DNA of 55,321 bases from Promethearchaeota archaeon (GTDB lineage: Archaea > Asgardarchaeota > Lokiarchaeia > Sigyniarchaeales > SOKP01): positions 1-55,321 of the forward strand of contig JBHLNT010000004.1 in NCBI GenBank assembly GCA_048941265.1. Direction: 5' to 3'. Made by a program: the position numbers and the translations under genes. The notes under the pieces are model-generated. The model made no database searches, had not been told where the DNA came from, and saw only the letters and a list, made by a program, of their open reading frames with translations. Of this stretch, positions 43,501 to 53,063 are shown piece by piece (within the stretch, counting starts at the first letter, position 1; every line of letters starts with the position of its first letter).

Positions 43501-44069
43501 GTGTTGCACCCAATATAATTCAAGTTCGAATCTTTCCAATAAATTAATAAAGGGATATTATCTATCACTGATTCTAGGGTTTCTCGCGATTTTTCTACAG
43601 CACTCATAAGTTTTTGAGGATAAAGAAATTTCCAAAATCGTAATTCTGGTGCTGCATTAAGTCGCTCCTCTATCTCTTTATACTGCTTTTCTTTTTCTTT
43701 ATATTTTGAGATATTTCTTAGAATTAAAATCAATTTTTTCTTATTATCATCTATAAATAGATTTCCATTTAGTTCATACCAAACAAAATTCCCTTTCTTA
43801 TGTTTTAATCTGATTTCATGGCTTCCATTCCCCTTTTTCAGAATCTTTTTAAGTTGCTTAATTAATTCTAATGAATCAGCGGGATGTGAAAATTGTACTA
43901 ATTGATGATCTAAAATATCATTTATTGAATATCCTAACCCTTTTAAAAGAGACTTTTCATTTAAATACTCAATTTCAAAATTCATATTAAGAATAAAGAT
44001 TAAATCATCAACAAAATCAGCGAAATGTAAATCAGATTTAGGTTGTTCCTCCGGATTATTTAATATCAT
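40503..44069 (-). CDS. Soluble histidine kinase with 7 PAS domains
   Basis: VSHELKTPL, NLLSNAIKYT, DSGIG, GSGLGL; seven PAS-PAC repeats. Confidence 0.95.
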   Translation of the reverse strand: MILNNPEEQPKSDLHFADFVDDLIFILNMNFEIEYLNEKSLLKGLGYSINDILDHQLVQFSHPADSLELIKQLKKILKKGNGSHEIRLKHKKGNFVWYELNGNLFIDDNKKKLILILRNISKYKEKEKQYKEIEERLNAAPELRFWKFLYPQKLMSAVEKSRETLESVIDNIPLLIYWKDSNLNYIGCNTNYALINGFTDPNHIISKKDKDLIWLKYKLEKIRKAEQHVIKSGTAEYNAIEDWILPNGSKVWYNINRMPLSNLDNDVVGILTTYEDITERFILEQRIKESESKYRELHEKLKAGYFETDLIGNIKFINESFCEIIGYPRKELLDKNFKIFVDSQTKKEIYQSLNKIYETGVGLYDSIHKITRKDGMEIIIEISVYLRYNTDGEKVGFNGLIRDVTEKYVLEQKLKKSEEKYRNIINNISDIIVELDLELNFIYISPQCFDIFGFKPENLIGKNVYKFIHPKDVHILKGIMNIIKINGPIMSAELRVRHQDGHYIPIFVRGSLVEIDDSIKVIAVAMDISDKKEAEEKIKESEGKYRLITENVNDLISLLNNRARYEYINEKTHLKVLGYTKEDLLGKSILNFAHPDDANYGFARLKEGLTEDSGTFRVRHKDGHYLWVEVKAKVFYDKDNRMRVITISRDVTERKKAEEKIKKADEQLKRLNKELEQKVLERTKELKESEENFRTMAENSLLGIGIIKKGFIVYANKAMSEITEFSFEEMIGWKRNYFLKRIYSDDFPYILEQIQNKQRAGKETAARYSFRYVTKSGKIKWVELYSKFIQFQGEVADLNVMIDITDKKKAEEQLIESEKKYRNMINNLDVGFYRGQIGGGLLIHNSTLNKILGFDPNENLNGIRTDQFFVDPMEKTRYYDELMKNGFIQNYIAKVNDKNGNKLILQIHSHLIRNEKGEPIEVEGTFIDITEKFELEQKLKASEQKLREQNIELQKLDQLKTNFLTMVSHELKTPLISIGGYTDLILTKYDNLDAEIIDDLLRVQNNVKRLETYIEQLMDVLKIEAKKMELNKEITNVRLIVQDCINELDYQINQKKLNVELLIKDNLSLEVDSDRISQVFTNLLSNAIKYTPDKGNIKISSEKVEKDNKFLFKVKDSGIGIRKEQIKHLFEKFVMLEKNPESSSAFESGSGLGLYITKGIIEEHGGKIWAISEGKGTGSEFCFTLPFK

Positions 44070-44315
44070 TGATTATTTCAGCCTCTTGTAGGATTCTATA
44101 CAAAAAAGTTACTTATTAAGATATATTTATTTAAGAAATGTTTTAAATTATTCATTTTTGAAATAAATTTTGTTATAATACAGATTCGCAGAATTACACA
44201 CAGATATTAGAATTATTATCCTAAAAAAAAATAACTTAAAATTTGTATTCAAATTAGAATAGAAATTGAGGGCATCATTTTTCCTTGAAAAAATGAAAAA
44301 TTTTTTTTGAAAAAT

Positions 44316-44951
44316 TCACTTTTTTATTGAATAAAACATCTTATAGGCATGTATTAATCTCTGAAAAGCAGTGATGAAAATTAAAATAGCAAAAATCCAA
44401 AGTAAAAACACTCTCCATGGAAAAAAAATTGTGATTATTATTAGAAATATGAAAGTTTCAGTTCTTTCCATAAAACCATGCGAATAGTAAATAATTTTTT
44501 GTTCTTCTTTCAAATTTTCTACTTTAACAACTCCACCTACAATTAAAAAAATGGTTATGCATAATATAATAGCACTGAGAGAAAATAATCCTGGCCACAA
44601 TAAAGATATTGGATCCGTCGATATAATTGCCAATATTATAAATACTTCTACGATTCTATCGCAAAAAATATCCAAAATACCTCCAAAGACAGTCGGTCCC
44701 TCTAATCTTGCCACTGCACCGTCTAAAATATCAATAAAAAATGATAAACTCATTAAGATAGTGGAAATCATTATAAATTCGAGGACTAAATCTGTAACCC
44801 CACTCAAGAAGATAAATAAAGCACTTAATAGCCCTATACCTAATCCAGTTATAGTGAGTGAGTTTGCTGAAATTCGTCCTATTAATAGTCTCTTTACTAA
44901 TTTATTTAAGACCCTCTTTAACTCAGATTTCTGAAACCAGTTATCAATCAT
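44316..44951 (-). CDS. CDP-alcohol phosphatidyltransferase family protein
   Basis: DILDGAVAR...FGGILDIFCDR signature; ANSLT; ERTET. Confidence 0.92.
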   Translation of the reverse strand: MIDNWFQKSELKRVLNKLVKRLLIGRISANSLTITGLGIGLLSALFIFLSGVTDLVLEFIMISTILMSLSFFIDILDGAVARLEGPTVFGGILDIFCDRIVEVFIILAIISTDPISLLWPGLFSLSAIILCITIFLIVGGVVKVENLKEEQKIIYYSHGFMERTETFIFLIIITIFFPWRVFLLWIFAILIFITAFQRLIHAYKMFYSIKK

Positions 44952-44960
44952 ATTTCTAAT

Positions 44961-45176
44961 TTATTGTTTTAAAAAATCTATTAAAATTGTGTTGAATTCT
45001 TCAGGTTTTTCTAATGTTATAGTATGTCTTGCAACTCTAATAACCACGAGTTTTGCATCTGGGATTAAAGCGGTCTATTCTCTCTTAGAACCTAAACTAC
45101 GAATTAATAGTAAGGGTTGACACTCTCCAATAATTTCGTAATTCATATTAATATCGCGAATATGTTTTTTAGGCAC
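44961..45176 (-). pseudogene. Internally deleted alpha/beta hydrolase remnant
   Basis: Manual translation: MPKKHIRDINMNYEIIGECQPLLLIRSLGSKRE*TALIPDAKLVVIRVARHTITLEKPEEFNTILIDFLKQ*. This is a hydrolase N-terminus joined to its C-terminus, with an in-frame TAG at 45077-45075. Confidence 0.8.
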
Positions 45177-45292
45177 AATAACTCATTTCTTTCTTGATGT
45201 ATAATAATTAATTAATCAAATAATAAAAAATAAAAGATTAATTATCTAAAAAAAGATCTAAAAAAATATCAAAAAATTAAAATGAATTTAAA

Positions 45293-47998
45293 ATGATTGA
45301 ACCTCCATATAATTTACGTTGCGAGTATTTACATAATCCTATTGAAATAGATACTCCATATCCTCGTTTTTCTTGGCTATTACAACATGAAGAGAGGATA
45401 CAGAAACAAATTGCATATCAAATTTTAGTTTCATCTAAACAAGAACTTATCCAATCTGATATCGGGGATCTTTGGGATAGTGGAAAAATCGAATCTGAAA
45501 ATAATGTGAATATTGTTTATGAAGGTAAAGAGTTAAAAAGTAGTACGATATATTACTGGAAAGTAAAATGGTGGGATAAAAATGGTAATGCGAGCGAATT
45601 TAGTGAGATTGCAAAATTTGAAACTGCAATTTTGAAACTATCAGATTGGAAAGCAAGTTGGATAACACGAGAAGCATTTACAGATAAAAATAAGAGAAAA
45701 AAGTTTCAGTATAAATCTGGATTTGGTGTATTTGTTGGAATGGTAAGAGAATATTATGGTATTTATATCCGGAAAGAATTTTCTCTTACTAAAAAAATTA
45801 AATCTGCTAAAATATATATTTGTGGTTTAGGTTGTTATGAACTTCGCATAAATGGTAAAAAGATAGGGGATAGGATTTTAGAACCCGCTTGGACTGATTA
45901 TAAAAAAATAGCTCTTTATTCAACTTATGATGTGAGTAATTTTCTGAAAGAGAAAAACGCTATCGGAGTTGTTTTAGGAAATAGCCGCTATTTAGATAAA
46001 TTTGGTTATGGTTATCCAAAATTAATTGTCCAAATTTTAATTCGATATGCAGATAATACGAATGAATTAAGATGCTCTGATAAGACATGGAAATTTTCTC
46101 AAGGCCCTATTTTAGAGAATGGTATATATTTAGGAGAAAAGTATGACGCTAGATTAGAAATGCCTGGTTGGGATAAACCTAATTTTGACGATTCTTCTTG
46201 GGAGAATGCTAATTTATGTGAAGGTCCGAAATTGACCTCACAAATAATGCCACCTATAAGAATAACAAAAATATTACAACCACAAAATTCATATAGTAAT
46301 TCTCCAGGAAAATACATATATGATTTTGGTCAAAACTTCACTGGTTTTATTCGATTAAAAGTACGCGGTCCACGTGATACAGAAGTTATAATTAGACATT
46401 CCGAAATTGTAGATCATAAGGGAAATCTGAACACTGCTACAAATAGATTAGCTAAGGCAACTGATGTCTATATATTAAAAGGCGAAGGAGAAGAAGTATT
46501 TGAACCTCATTTTACCTACCATGGATTTCGATATATTGAAATTACTGGTTTTCCTGGAGTTCCTATATTAAATAGTGTCGAAGCCCTTTTTATTCATACT
46601 GATGTTCCTCAAATTGGTAATTTTTATTGCTCTAATAATCTAATTAATCAAATACATAAAAACATTATATGGGGTCAATTAAGTAATTTTATGAGTATAC
46701 CTACTGATTGTCCACAAAGAGACGAGAGACATGGGTGGATGGGAGATGCACAACTAACAATTGAAGAAGCAATATTTAATTTTGATACTGTGGGTTTTTA
46801 TACAAAATTTCTAAATGATATAAGATATTGTCAAAAAGAAAATGGAGCTCTTTCTGATGTCGTTCCTCCCTATTGGCCCTTTTATCCTGCAGATCCCGCA
46901 TGGGGTACAGCATATATTACAATTGCATGGTATTTATATTGGTATTATAACGATGTTAGAATTCTTGAAGACAATTATGAATCAATGAAGAAATATGTAG
47001 ATTTTCTTCATAGAAACACTGAAGAGAATATATTATATAAGTTTGGAAAATTCGGAGATTGGTGTCCTCCGGGGAGTATTGTCTCAAGGAAAACCCCAAT
47101 TGAACATGTTTGTACTTGGTATTATTATCATGACACTTTAATACTTTCAAAAATTGCTCAAATTCTAGGAAAAGTTCAAGATTATAAGGATCTAAATAAG
47201 AGATCAGAAGAAATCAAAGAGGCATACAATCGAAAATTTTTAAAAGATTATTATGTAATCCCTAAGCATTCTCTAGTAGATGAAACAATTAGTCAAACTT
47301 CAAATATCCTTCCGTTATTTTTGAATATGGTTCCGGAAAAGAAAAAAAAAAAAGTACTCTCAAGACTACTTCATTGTATCATTGAAGATCATGATTACCA
47401 TATTGACACTGGTATAGTAGGGACAAGGTATTTATGGGATGTTTTAACAGAAAATGGACATGCTGATGTAGCTTATAGAATTATAACTCAAGAAAGTTAT
47501 CCGGGATATGGCTATATGATCAAAGAAGGTGCCACAACATTATGGGAAAGATGGGAGAAACTCGAGGGAAGTGGAATGAATTCTCATAATCATATAATGT
47601 TGGGATCTGTAGATAGTTGGTTTTACAAATCACTTATTGGAATCTCTACGCTAGAACCAGGGTGGAAAAAAATTAGAATTAAACCATATATTCCATCAGA
47701 TGTCGAATATAGTAGTGCATCTCTAAATACGATAAAAGGATTAATTCATTGTTCTTGGGAGAAAAATTATAAAAACCTAAAAATTATAGTGGAAATACCT
47801 GTAGGATCGGGTTCCGAAATGTGGATTCCAATTCCAATTAAAGAAAGTGAAATCAAGGAAAGAAACGCTATAATATGGAAAGATGGAAATTCTTTCGAGA
47901 GTGTAGATGGTCTTAAATATAAAGAAGTGAAGGACAGCTATATCATTTTTGAAATTGGCTCTGGTTATTATCAATTTACTATTATACCCTCTAAATAA
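45293..47998 (+). CDS. Alpha-L-rhamnosidase, GH78
   Basis: PTDCPQRDERHGWMGDA, DFGQNF, FTYHGFRY, GDWCPP, GATTLWERWE, MNSHNHIMLG. Confidence 0.95.
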   Translation: MIEPPYNLRCEYLHNPIEIDTPYPRFSWLLQHEERIQKQIAYQILVSSKQELIQSDIGDLWDSGKIESENNVNIVYEGKELKSSTIYYWKVKWWDKNGNASEFSEIAKFETAILKLSDWKASWITREAFTDKNKRKKFQYKSGFGVFVGMVREYYGIYIRKEFSLTKKIKSAKIYICGLGCYELRINGKKIGDRILEPAWTDYKKIALYSTYDVSNFLKEKNAIGVVLGNSRYLDKFGYGYPKLIVQILIRYADNTNELRCSDKTWKFSQGPILENGIYLGEKYDARLEMPGWDKPNFDDSSWENANLCEGPKLTSQIMPPIRITKILQPQNSYSNSPGKYIYDFGQNFTGFIRLKVRGPRDTEVIIRHSEIVDHKGNLNTATNRLAKATDVYILKGEGEEVFEPHFTYHGFRYIEITGFPGVPILNSVEALFIHTDVPQIGNFYCSNNLINQIHKNIIWGQLSNFMSIPTDCPQRDERHGWMGDAQLTIEEAIFNFDTVGFYTKFLNDIRYCQKENGALSDVVPPYWPFYPADPAWGTAYITIAWYLYWYYNDVRILEDNYESMKKYVDFLHRNTEENILYKFGKFGDWCPPGSIVSRKTPIEHVCTWYYYHDTLILSKIAQILGKVQDYKDLNKRSEEIKEAYNRKFLKDYYVIPKHSLVDETISQTSNILPLFLNMVPEKKKKKVLSRLLHCIIEDHDYHIDTGIVGTRYLWDVLTENGHADVAYRIITQESYPGYGYMIKEGATTLWERWEKLEGSGMNSHNHIMLGSVDSWFYKSLIGISTLEPGWKKIRIKPYIPSDVEYSSASLNTIKGLIHCSWEKNYKNLKIIVEIPVGSGSEMWIPIPIKESEIKERNAIIWKDGNSFESVDGLKYKEVKDSYIIFEIGSGYYQFTIIPSK

Positions 47999-48044
47999 GT
48001 TCTAAATAATATTGATTTTAAAAAAACATACTCATTAATTATGA

Positions 48045-48461
48045 AAAAAGAAAATTAAAATCATTAGATCAGAAGTAGTTCGGATAGAAAAATTAAAATA
48101 TTGTTCTAGTAAAGGGGTTTATACTACAAAATTTAGTATAGAAGAAAAAAACATCCAAAATGACCTAAAATTTATTCTCTCAATTGGAAGAGTTCATGAT
48201 GTCGCTACAGTAAGAATCAATAGTTCCCTCACAGAACCTTTGTTGGTAAATCCATATGAAGTTGATATAACACCTTATATAAAAAGTGGTGAAAACGATA
48301 TTGAAATAAAGATAACTCCAACGCTTAGAAATCGTTTAAATGGTTACGGTGAAAAAGGAGGTGAAAACTTGATAAATCATAAAAGTAGAAAGGAATTCAT
48401 GCCATCAGGATTGATTGGTCCTGTGGCAGTTAAAACAATAAAAATGGTTGAAATAAACTAA
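48045..48461 (+). pseudogene. C-terminal fragment of a GH106/GH2-type glycoside hydrolase (beta-sandwich domain)
   Basis: The frame is open from 48045: LKYCSSKGVYTTKF...LSIGRVHDVATVRIN...PYEVDITPYIKSGENDIEIKITPTLRNRL...PSGLIGPV; no plausible N-terminal catalytic domain. Confidence 0.72.
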
Positions 48462-48584
48462 AAAATAGAATTTACTTTCTGTTAGAAATTATATTTCCAA
48501 ATTATTAATGAAAGTTATCGATGATTAATTCAACTAATTGATAATACATTCAATATTTAAAGAAAGTCAAGTAATTCGAAGTAA

Positions 48585-49196
48585 TTACCATTCAGAGAAA
48601 AATTTTTCTTTTGAATAATCTCTTTTTAACGGTTTTCCACTAAGCATCGTATAATATCTAAACATTGCGGATTGTTCCGCTCCCGTAACATTTTGAAGGG
48701 CGTCATATAATGTATTCCCTTTAGCAAATACTCCATGGGCTCTCACAACGGTTATAGGATAATTCTTAAGGACTTTCGGAACCTCTCTAGCGGCATCTGT
48801 TGGACCTGCGGGATTTTCCACTTCGATAATGGGTATTTTTCGATACATGTAAATTCCTTCAGCATCTAAGCAGGTGATTTCATCTTCTATAAGTGAAAGG
48901 ATTACACAAAAGGGATTATGAGCATGAATCACAGCCATAGCATCCGTATTTAAATAGATTTGACGATGTACATCTGTTTCAGTACTCGATAACATAATAC
49001 CAGAATCTGCTCCGTATAAATCAGTTTCAATAATATCTTCCGGTTCTAAAAATCCCAGCATAGCACCTCGGCGTTTAATGAGAATTTTTCCACCAGCCCT
49101 CATCGAAATATTGCCGGAATGACTGGTATTATATCTATGATCTGTCAAAACTTTACCTACAATCTTAAATTGCTTATAGGTTTCTTGATCAATCAT
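48585..49196 (-). CDS. Class II aldolase/adducin family protein (FucA-like)
   Basis: SGNISMR, SSTETDVHRQIY, AVIHAH, RAHGVF zinc-binding histidines. Confidence 0.92.
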   Translation of the reverse strand: MIDQETYKQFKIVGKVLTDHRYNTSHSGNISMRAGGKILIKRRGAMLGFLEPEDIIETDLYGADSGIMLSSTETDVHRQIYLNTDAMAVIHAHNPFCVILSLIEDEITCLDAEGIYMYRKIPIIEVENPAGPTDAAREVPKVLKNYPITVVRAHGVFAKGNTLYDALQNVTGAEQSAMFRYYTMLSGKPLKRDYSKEKFFSEW

Positions 49197-49339
49197 ATTA
49201 TTTCACAAGTTTGCTTCTCTATTAACTTTTTAAAATATAATTTTCGAAATTTTAATTTCTTTATTAATTTTTAATATATTTGGTTTTAGAGTAATTAGAA
49301 AATAATTTTTAGAATTCAAAAAAACACAACAAAAGGGTA

Positions 49340-50272
49340 TTATAAAAATTTATTAATAATCTGAGTTTTAGTTTCAAGACTGATGCGGTGAATAAGAGCA
49401 CCCAACTCGGGTACCACAACTAATTTCCCATTATTTAGAGATTTAAGTCCGTTTAAACAATTCCAAAGACCATATTTATCATCATCTTCAGTTCCCAATG
49501 CTTCAGTGTATTTTCCTCCTGCTAATAAGTATCCTCCAAGACCTCCTATGGGGGGCCATTTTTTTAATGCTTCTTCGAAATTTTTTTCTAATAATTTATT
49601 CATTATTCCTACTTTATTCATATCGCAAGCGCCTAACGCTGCCCCTAAACTATGTTCTGCATGTGAAGCATGACCCGCAGATAAAAGTAATTTAGTATAA
49701 AAATCACTTAAATCATCTCCATTATCACATCCATATTGGGGACCTTCTTTTTCAATGGTCTCATAGGCTAATTTTTTTACTTCTTCTAAAACACGGACTG
49801 CATTCTTTCTGGAAACCAATGCTGTAATGGCAATAAATTTTTTTACGTCTAATTCCTTTTGTATTTCTTTCTGACATTTACGTTCTAGAAGATTACCATT
49901 TCCTCCATGACCGGTAATTAGCATAACTCTAGTAACATCTTCACCTCTATTTCGAATAATCTCTATAAAATAGCGCATGAAATCAATTGATTTTCTGTAG
50001 AATTCATCCCACGGAATATAAAAGGGAGCCCAATCCTTTGCTAGATCTCCGCATCGATCGGTGGTATAAGGTATATGGGCGACATATCTCTGTCCCGTAT
50101 GAAATTCTAAATCATTTGCAGATTTTTTAGCATGAAGATCATCAATATTTCTGGATAATGCCAATCCGTGTCCCTCATAAGGATTTCCTACAGTAAAAAT
50201 CAGCCATTTTGATTCTTTTTCTTCAAATGGTCCCCAATCATTCATTCGGTCCTTTAAGATATAATTAGACAT
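49340..50272 (-). CDS. Creatininase-family amidohydrolase (ArfB-like deformylase)
   Basis: GNPYEGHGLAL...DD, TGHGGN, GHASHAEHS correspond to the ExHG, GHGGN and HAxxxE motifs. Confidence 0.75.
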   Translation of the reverse strand: MSNYILKDRMNDWGPFEEKESKWLIFTVGNPYEGHGLALSRNIDDLHAKKSANDLEFHTGQRYVAHIPYTTDRCGDLAKDWAPFYIPWDEFYRKSIDFMRYFIEIIRNRGEDVTRVMLITGHGGNGNLLERKCQKEIQKELDVKKFIAITALVSRKNAVRVLEEVKKLAYETIEKEGPQYGCDNGDDLSDFYTKLLLSAGHASHAEHSLGAALGACDMNKVGIMNKLLEKNFEEALKKWPPIGGLGGYLLAGGKYTEALGTEDDDKYGLWNCLNGLKSLNNGKLVVVPELGALIHRISLETKTQIINKFL

Positions 50273-50363
50273 TTTTCATTACCGGTATATTATTTTATTT
50301 AGAAATGACTTTTACAAAATTTAATCTTTTTATCTAAATTTGGTAATTAAATTGCATACTAAA

Positions 50364-52172
50364 TTATGTTAATTTTTCGAGAGATAACTTGTCCAATAAT
50401 TCATCTGTTGGGACTCCATTACGATCCCAATGTCTCACTTCATAATATTCATCTAATAAATCTTCAAGTGGGACAATTCTGTTATTCGAAGGGCCCTCTC
50501 GCAATGGTGTTTCTAGAAACCTTTTCGGTAACGTGTCATCCTTTCGTGAAAAACCTTCTCTTACATTAAAAAGCCTCTCTAAAGTATATATTCTTTCACC
50601 AATAGTTATAAGATCTGTAATTGAAATTTTTCTGTCTAATAAAGCACTTAAAAATCGAGCTTGAAATTCAAAACCTAATGCATATCCTACAAACTTACAT
50701 ACGATTAGAGAATCTTCTACGGCACTTTGGTTTTGCTTTAAGAATAATAGATCTGATTTGCCTCGAACAGAAAATCTATCAATCTTCTTAGGAACTCCCA
50801 GGACTTCTGATGCGACTAAAAAGCCCGTTAAATGACAAGCTCCGCGTGAACTTACTGCGTAGTTTAGTGCATGACCAAATGCTCCTCTTGGGTCATATGC
50901 TGGAATTTCCATCCCCTTCACTTGCATGGCGTAAGACTCTCCATTATATTTCTTGGATAATCTTAATGAACCCTCAGCTAAATCGGCACCAATCTCTTTT
51001 TTAAATGCTATTTTCTCAATTAAATCACAAATAGCTTCCTTATTTCCAAATTTTAAAGTATTTTCATTCAATAATCCTTCTTGCTGAAGTTCCATACTAC
51101 ATGCAATAGTGGAACCCGTCGACATCGTATCTAAACCATATTCATTACATAAATAATTAGCGTGAGTAATCGATTTTAAATCAAATATCCCCGTTAAAGG
51201 TCCTAAAGCCCATAATGATTCATATTCGGGACCTTTTCCTCTTTTTTCGCCTGTATTTGTCATTCTACCGCATCGAATAATACAGTTATAACAACCTTCA
51301 TTACCTTCTAAAAATTTTTCTCTTAAATATTCGCCACTAATTAAATCAATTTTATTTGATTCTGTAAACGCAGACTGGAAATTTTTCACAGGAAACATAC
51401 CAAATTGATTAATAACCTTAACTAACGCGGCAGTTCCAAATAATGATAATCCTTGTGATGTTATAGGGACTACGTTTATCTTGTCAATGGCATTAATTCT
51501 TAAATTTTTCATACGTTCCTTGTTTTTTGCTTCGAATTTTTTATTTCCACTCTTGACTACAATTGCCTTTAGGTTTTTTGAACCCATTACAGCACCTACA
51601 CCCCCACGTCCGAAGGCTCTATTCGCTTGATTCATAATAGAAGAGATGATTACTAAATTCTCTCCAGCTGGGCCAATACATAATACTTGACAATTTTTTC
51701 CCTCTCTTTTCTGAATCTCTTTTAGGGTTTCAGATGTTTTAAGACCCCATAAACTTTCAGCATCCTTAATTTCTATTTTATCATAATCATCAATTAAGAG
51801 ATATCCTTTATTTGCTGAAGATAAATTCCCTGTAATAATTAAGCTATCATAACCACATTTTTTAAAATAGGGTCCCCAAAATCCACCGGAATTTGAATGA
51901 AATATCGTATTAGTTAACGGAGATTTGGTAACTAAAGAAAATCTTCCACTTGTGGGAGCAACACTCCCCGTCAAGGGACCTATTGAAAAAATTAACATAT
52001 TTTCTTTTGATAAGGGATTGATATTTTTAGGAACATTATCAGAAAATAATTTGATACCTAATCCTCTACCCCCAAGATATTTAAAAAAAATCTCACCGTT
52101 TAAATCAATTTCAGCGAATTTCTCTGAAGCTAAATTAATATTCAGAACTTTACTATTCATTCCATAAGGCAT
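50364..52172 (-). CDS. aor: Aldehyde ferredoxin oxidoreductase (second paralog, canonical CxxCxxxC)
   Basis: YLGGRG, KSPLT...SNSGG, GRGGVGAVMGSKNLKA, GCYNCIIRCGR, GPEYES, GLDTMS, YDPRG, RGACH, DDTLPKRF. Confidence 0.94.
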   Translation of the reverse strand: MPYGMNSKVLNINLASEKFAEIDLNGEIFFKYLGGRGLGIKLFSDNVPKNINPLSKENMLIFSIGPLTGSVAPTSGRFSLVTKSPLTNTIFHSNSGGFWGPYFKKCGYDSLIITGNLSSANKGYLLIDDYDKIEIKDAESLWGLKTSETLKEIQKREGKNCQVLCIGPAGENLVIISSIMNQANRAFGRGGVGAVMGSKNLKAIVVKSGNKKFEAKNKERMKNLRINAIDKINVVPITSQGLSLFGTAALVKVINQFGMFPVKNFQSAFTESNKIDLISGEYLREKFLEGNEGCYNCIIRCGRMTNTGEKRGKGPEYESLWALGPLTGIFDLKSITHANYLCNEYGLDTMSTGSTIACSMELQQEGLLNENTLKFGNKEAICDLIEKIAFKKEIGADLAEGSLRLSKKYNGESYAMQVKGMEIPAYDPRGAFGHALNYAVSSRGACHLTGFLVASEVLGVPKKIDRFSVRGKSDLLFLKQNQSAVEDSLIVCKFVGYALGFEFQARFLSALLDRKISITDLITIGERIYTLERLFNVREGFSRKDDTLPKRFLETPLREGPSNNRIVPLEDLLDEYYEVRHWDRNGVPTDELLDKLSLEKLT

Positions 52173-52303
52173 TTTTCAACAATTTTCGAATCCTATTGTT
52201 AAAAAGTATAAATAAAATAAGCTAAAAAAAAATAAAAAATTTAACAAAACAACGTAAATAAAAAAAAATGGAATAAATTTAATTAATTTTTTAAATGTTT
52301 GGA

Positions 52304-52732
52304 TTAGCCTTCGTCCATTTCTTGTAAAGTTTCTGCGGCGAATGCTAAATATTCACCATAAGCCATTGTGTCCTGTAAGTTGCCTTCTATTTTCAAGTCG
52401 CCAGACATGTAGGCACTTGTACCATCAACTTCTCCGGACATAAGGCCGCTCATGGTTTCCCAATTTGCTGTCATGGTAAAGGATGGATCTTCTCCCTCGC
52501 CTTCGCCGTAGTCAAAGGCACCATCGCCGATCTTGACCCACCATTTAAAGTCTTTATCTTCAACGACCATCTGGCCAATAAATTGATCAATATCTTCAAG
52601 TTCTTCCTTTAAATCATCAATTTCGGCAGATGCCTGTTTCATGAGCTCGAAGATTTTCATGACATCCTTAGGATCACTCATCCCTTCATCTCGCAATTTT
52701 CTTACTTCATTTGCTAATGCTTCGTCAACCAT
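52304..52732 (-). CDS. SCP2 sterol/lipid-binding domain protein
   Basis: GEVDGTSAYMSGDLKIEGNL (SCP2 AxMxGxLKxxG motif), PSFTMTA. Confidence 0.88.
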   Translation of the reverse strand: MVDEALANEVRKLRDEGMSDPKDVMKIFELMKQASAEIDDLKEELEDIDQFIGQMVVEDKDFKWWVKIGDGAFDYGEGEGEDPSFTMTANWETMSGLMSGEVDGTSAYMSGDLKIEGNLQDTMAYGEYLAFAAETLQEMDEG

Positions 52733-53063
52733 TTTTAATTTCGACCTTTTTTTCGTTAGTTTTTATATTTAATGTTAATTATTAATCAATATCGATTAAT
52801 GAATCAATATATGCTAAGATATATTAAAAACTTTCATTTTTCCAATTTTAAAAATTATTGCATATCTTAATTTTCAATATTAATTAATAATAAATAAATT
52901 ATTAAATCAAATAAAAAGCTTTTAATTCTCTCTTTTAGATGAGTATTAAATTATTTTTAATTATGATATTATGTTCCTTTTGTAATTTTTTTTTATATCG
53001 GATAATTTAATAAAATTTAATATAAACAAGAATAAATAAAAAAATGCACTATTTATTACAGAA

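Noticed and set aside
45075-45077. In-frame TAG as pyrrolysine or stop read-through
   Set aside because: The surrounding gene lacks its catalytic core and has degraded motifs (HGLG to RSLG, AGH to ARH); a nonsense change in a pseudogene is simpler, and no pyl genes are in the window.
52781-52800. ATTAATC-N6-GATTAAT inverted repeat upstream of the SCP2 gene
   Set aside because: Almost entirely A/T in a very AT-rich spacer, so plausible by chance without comparative support.
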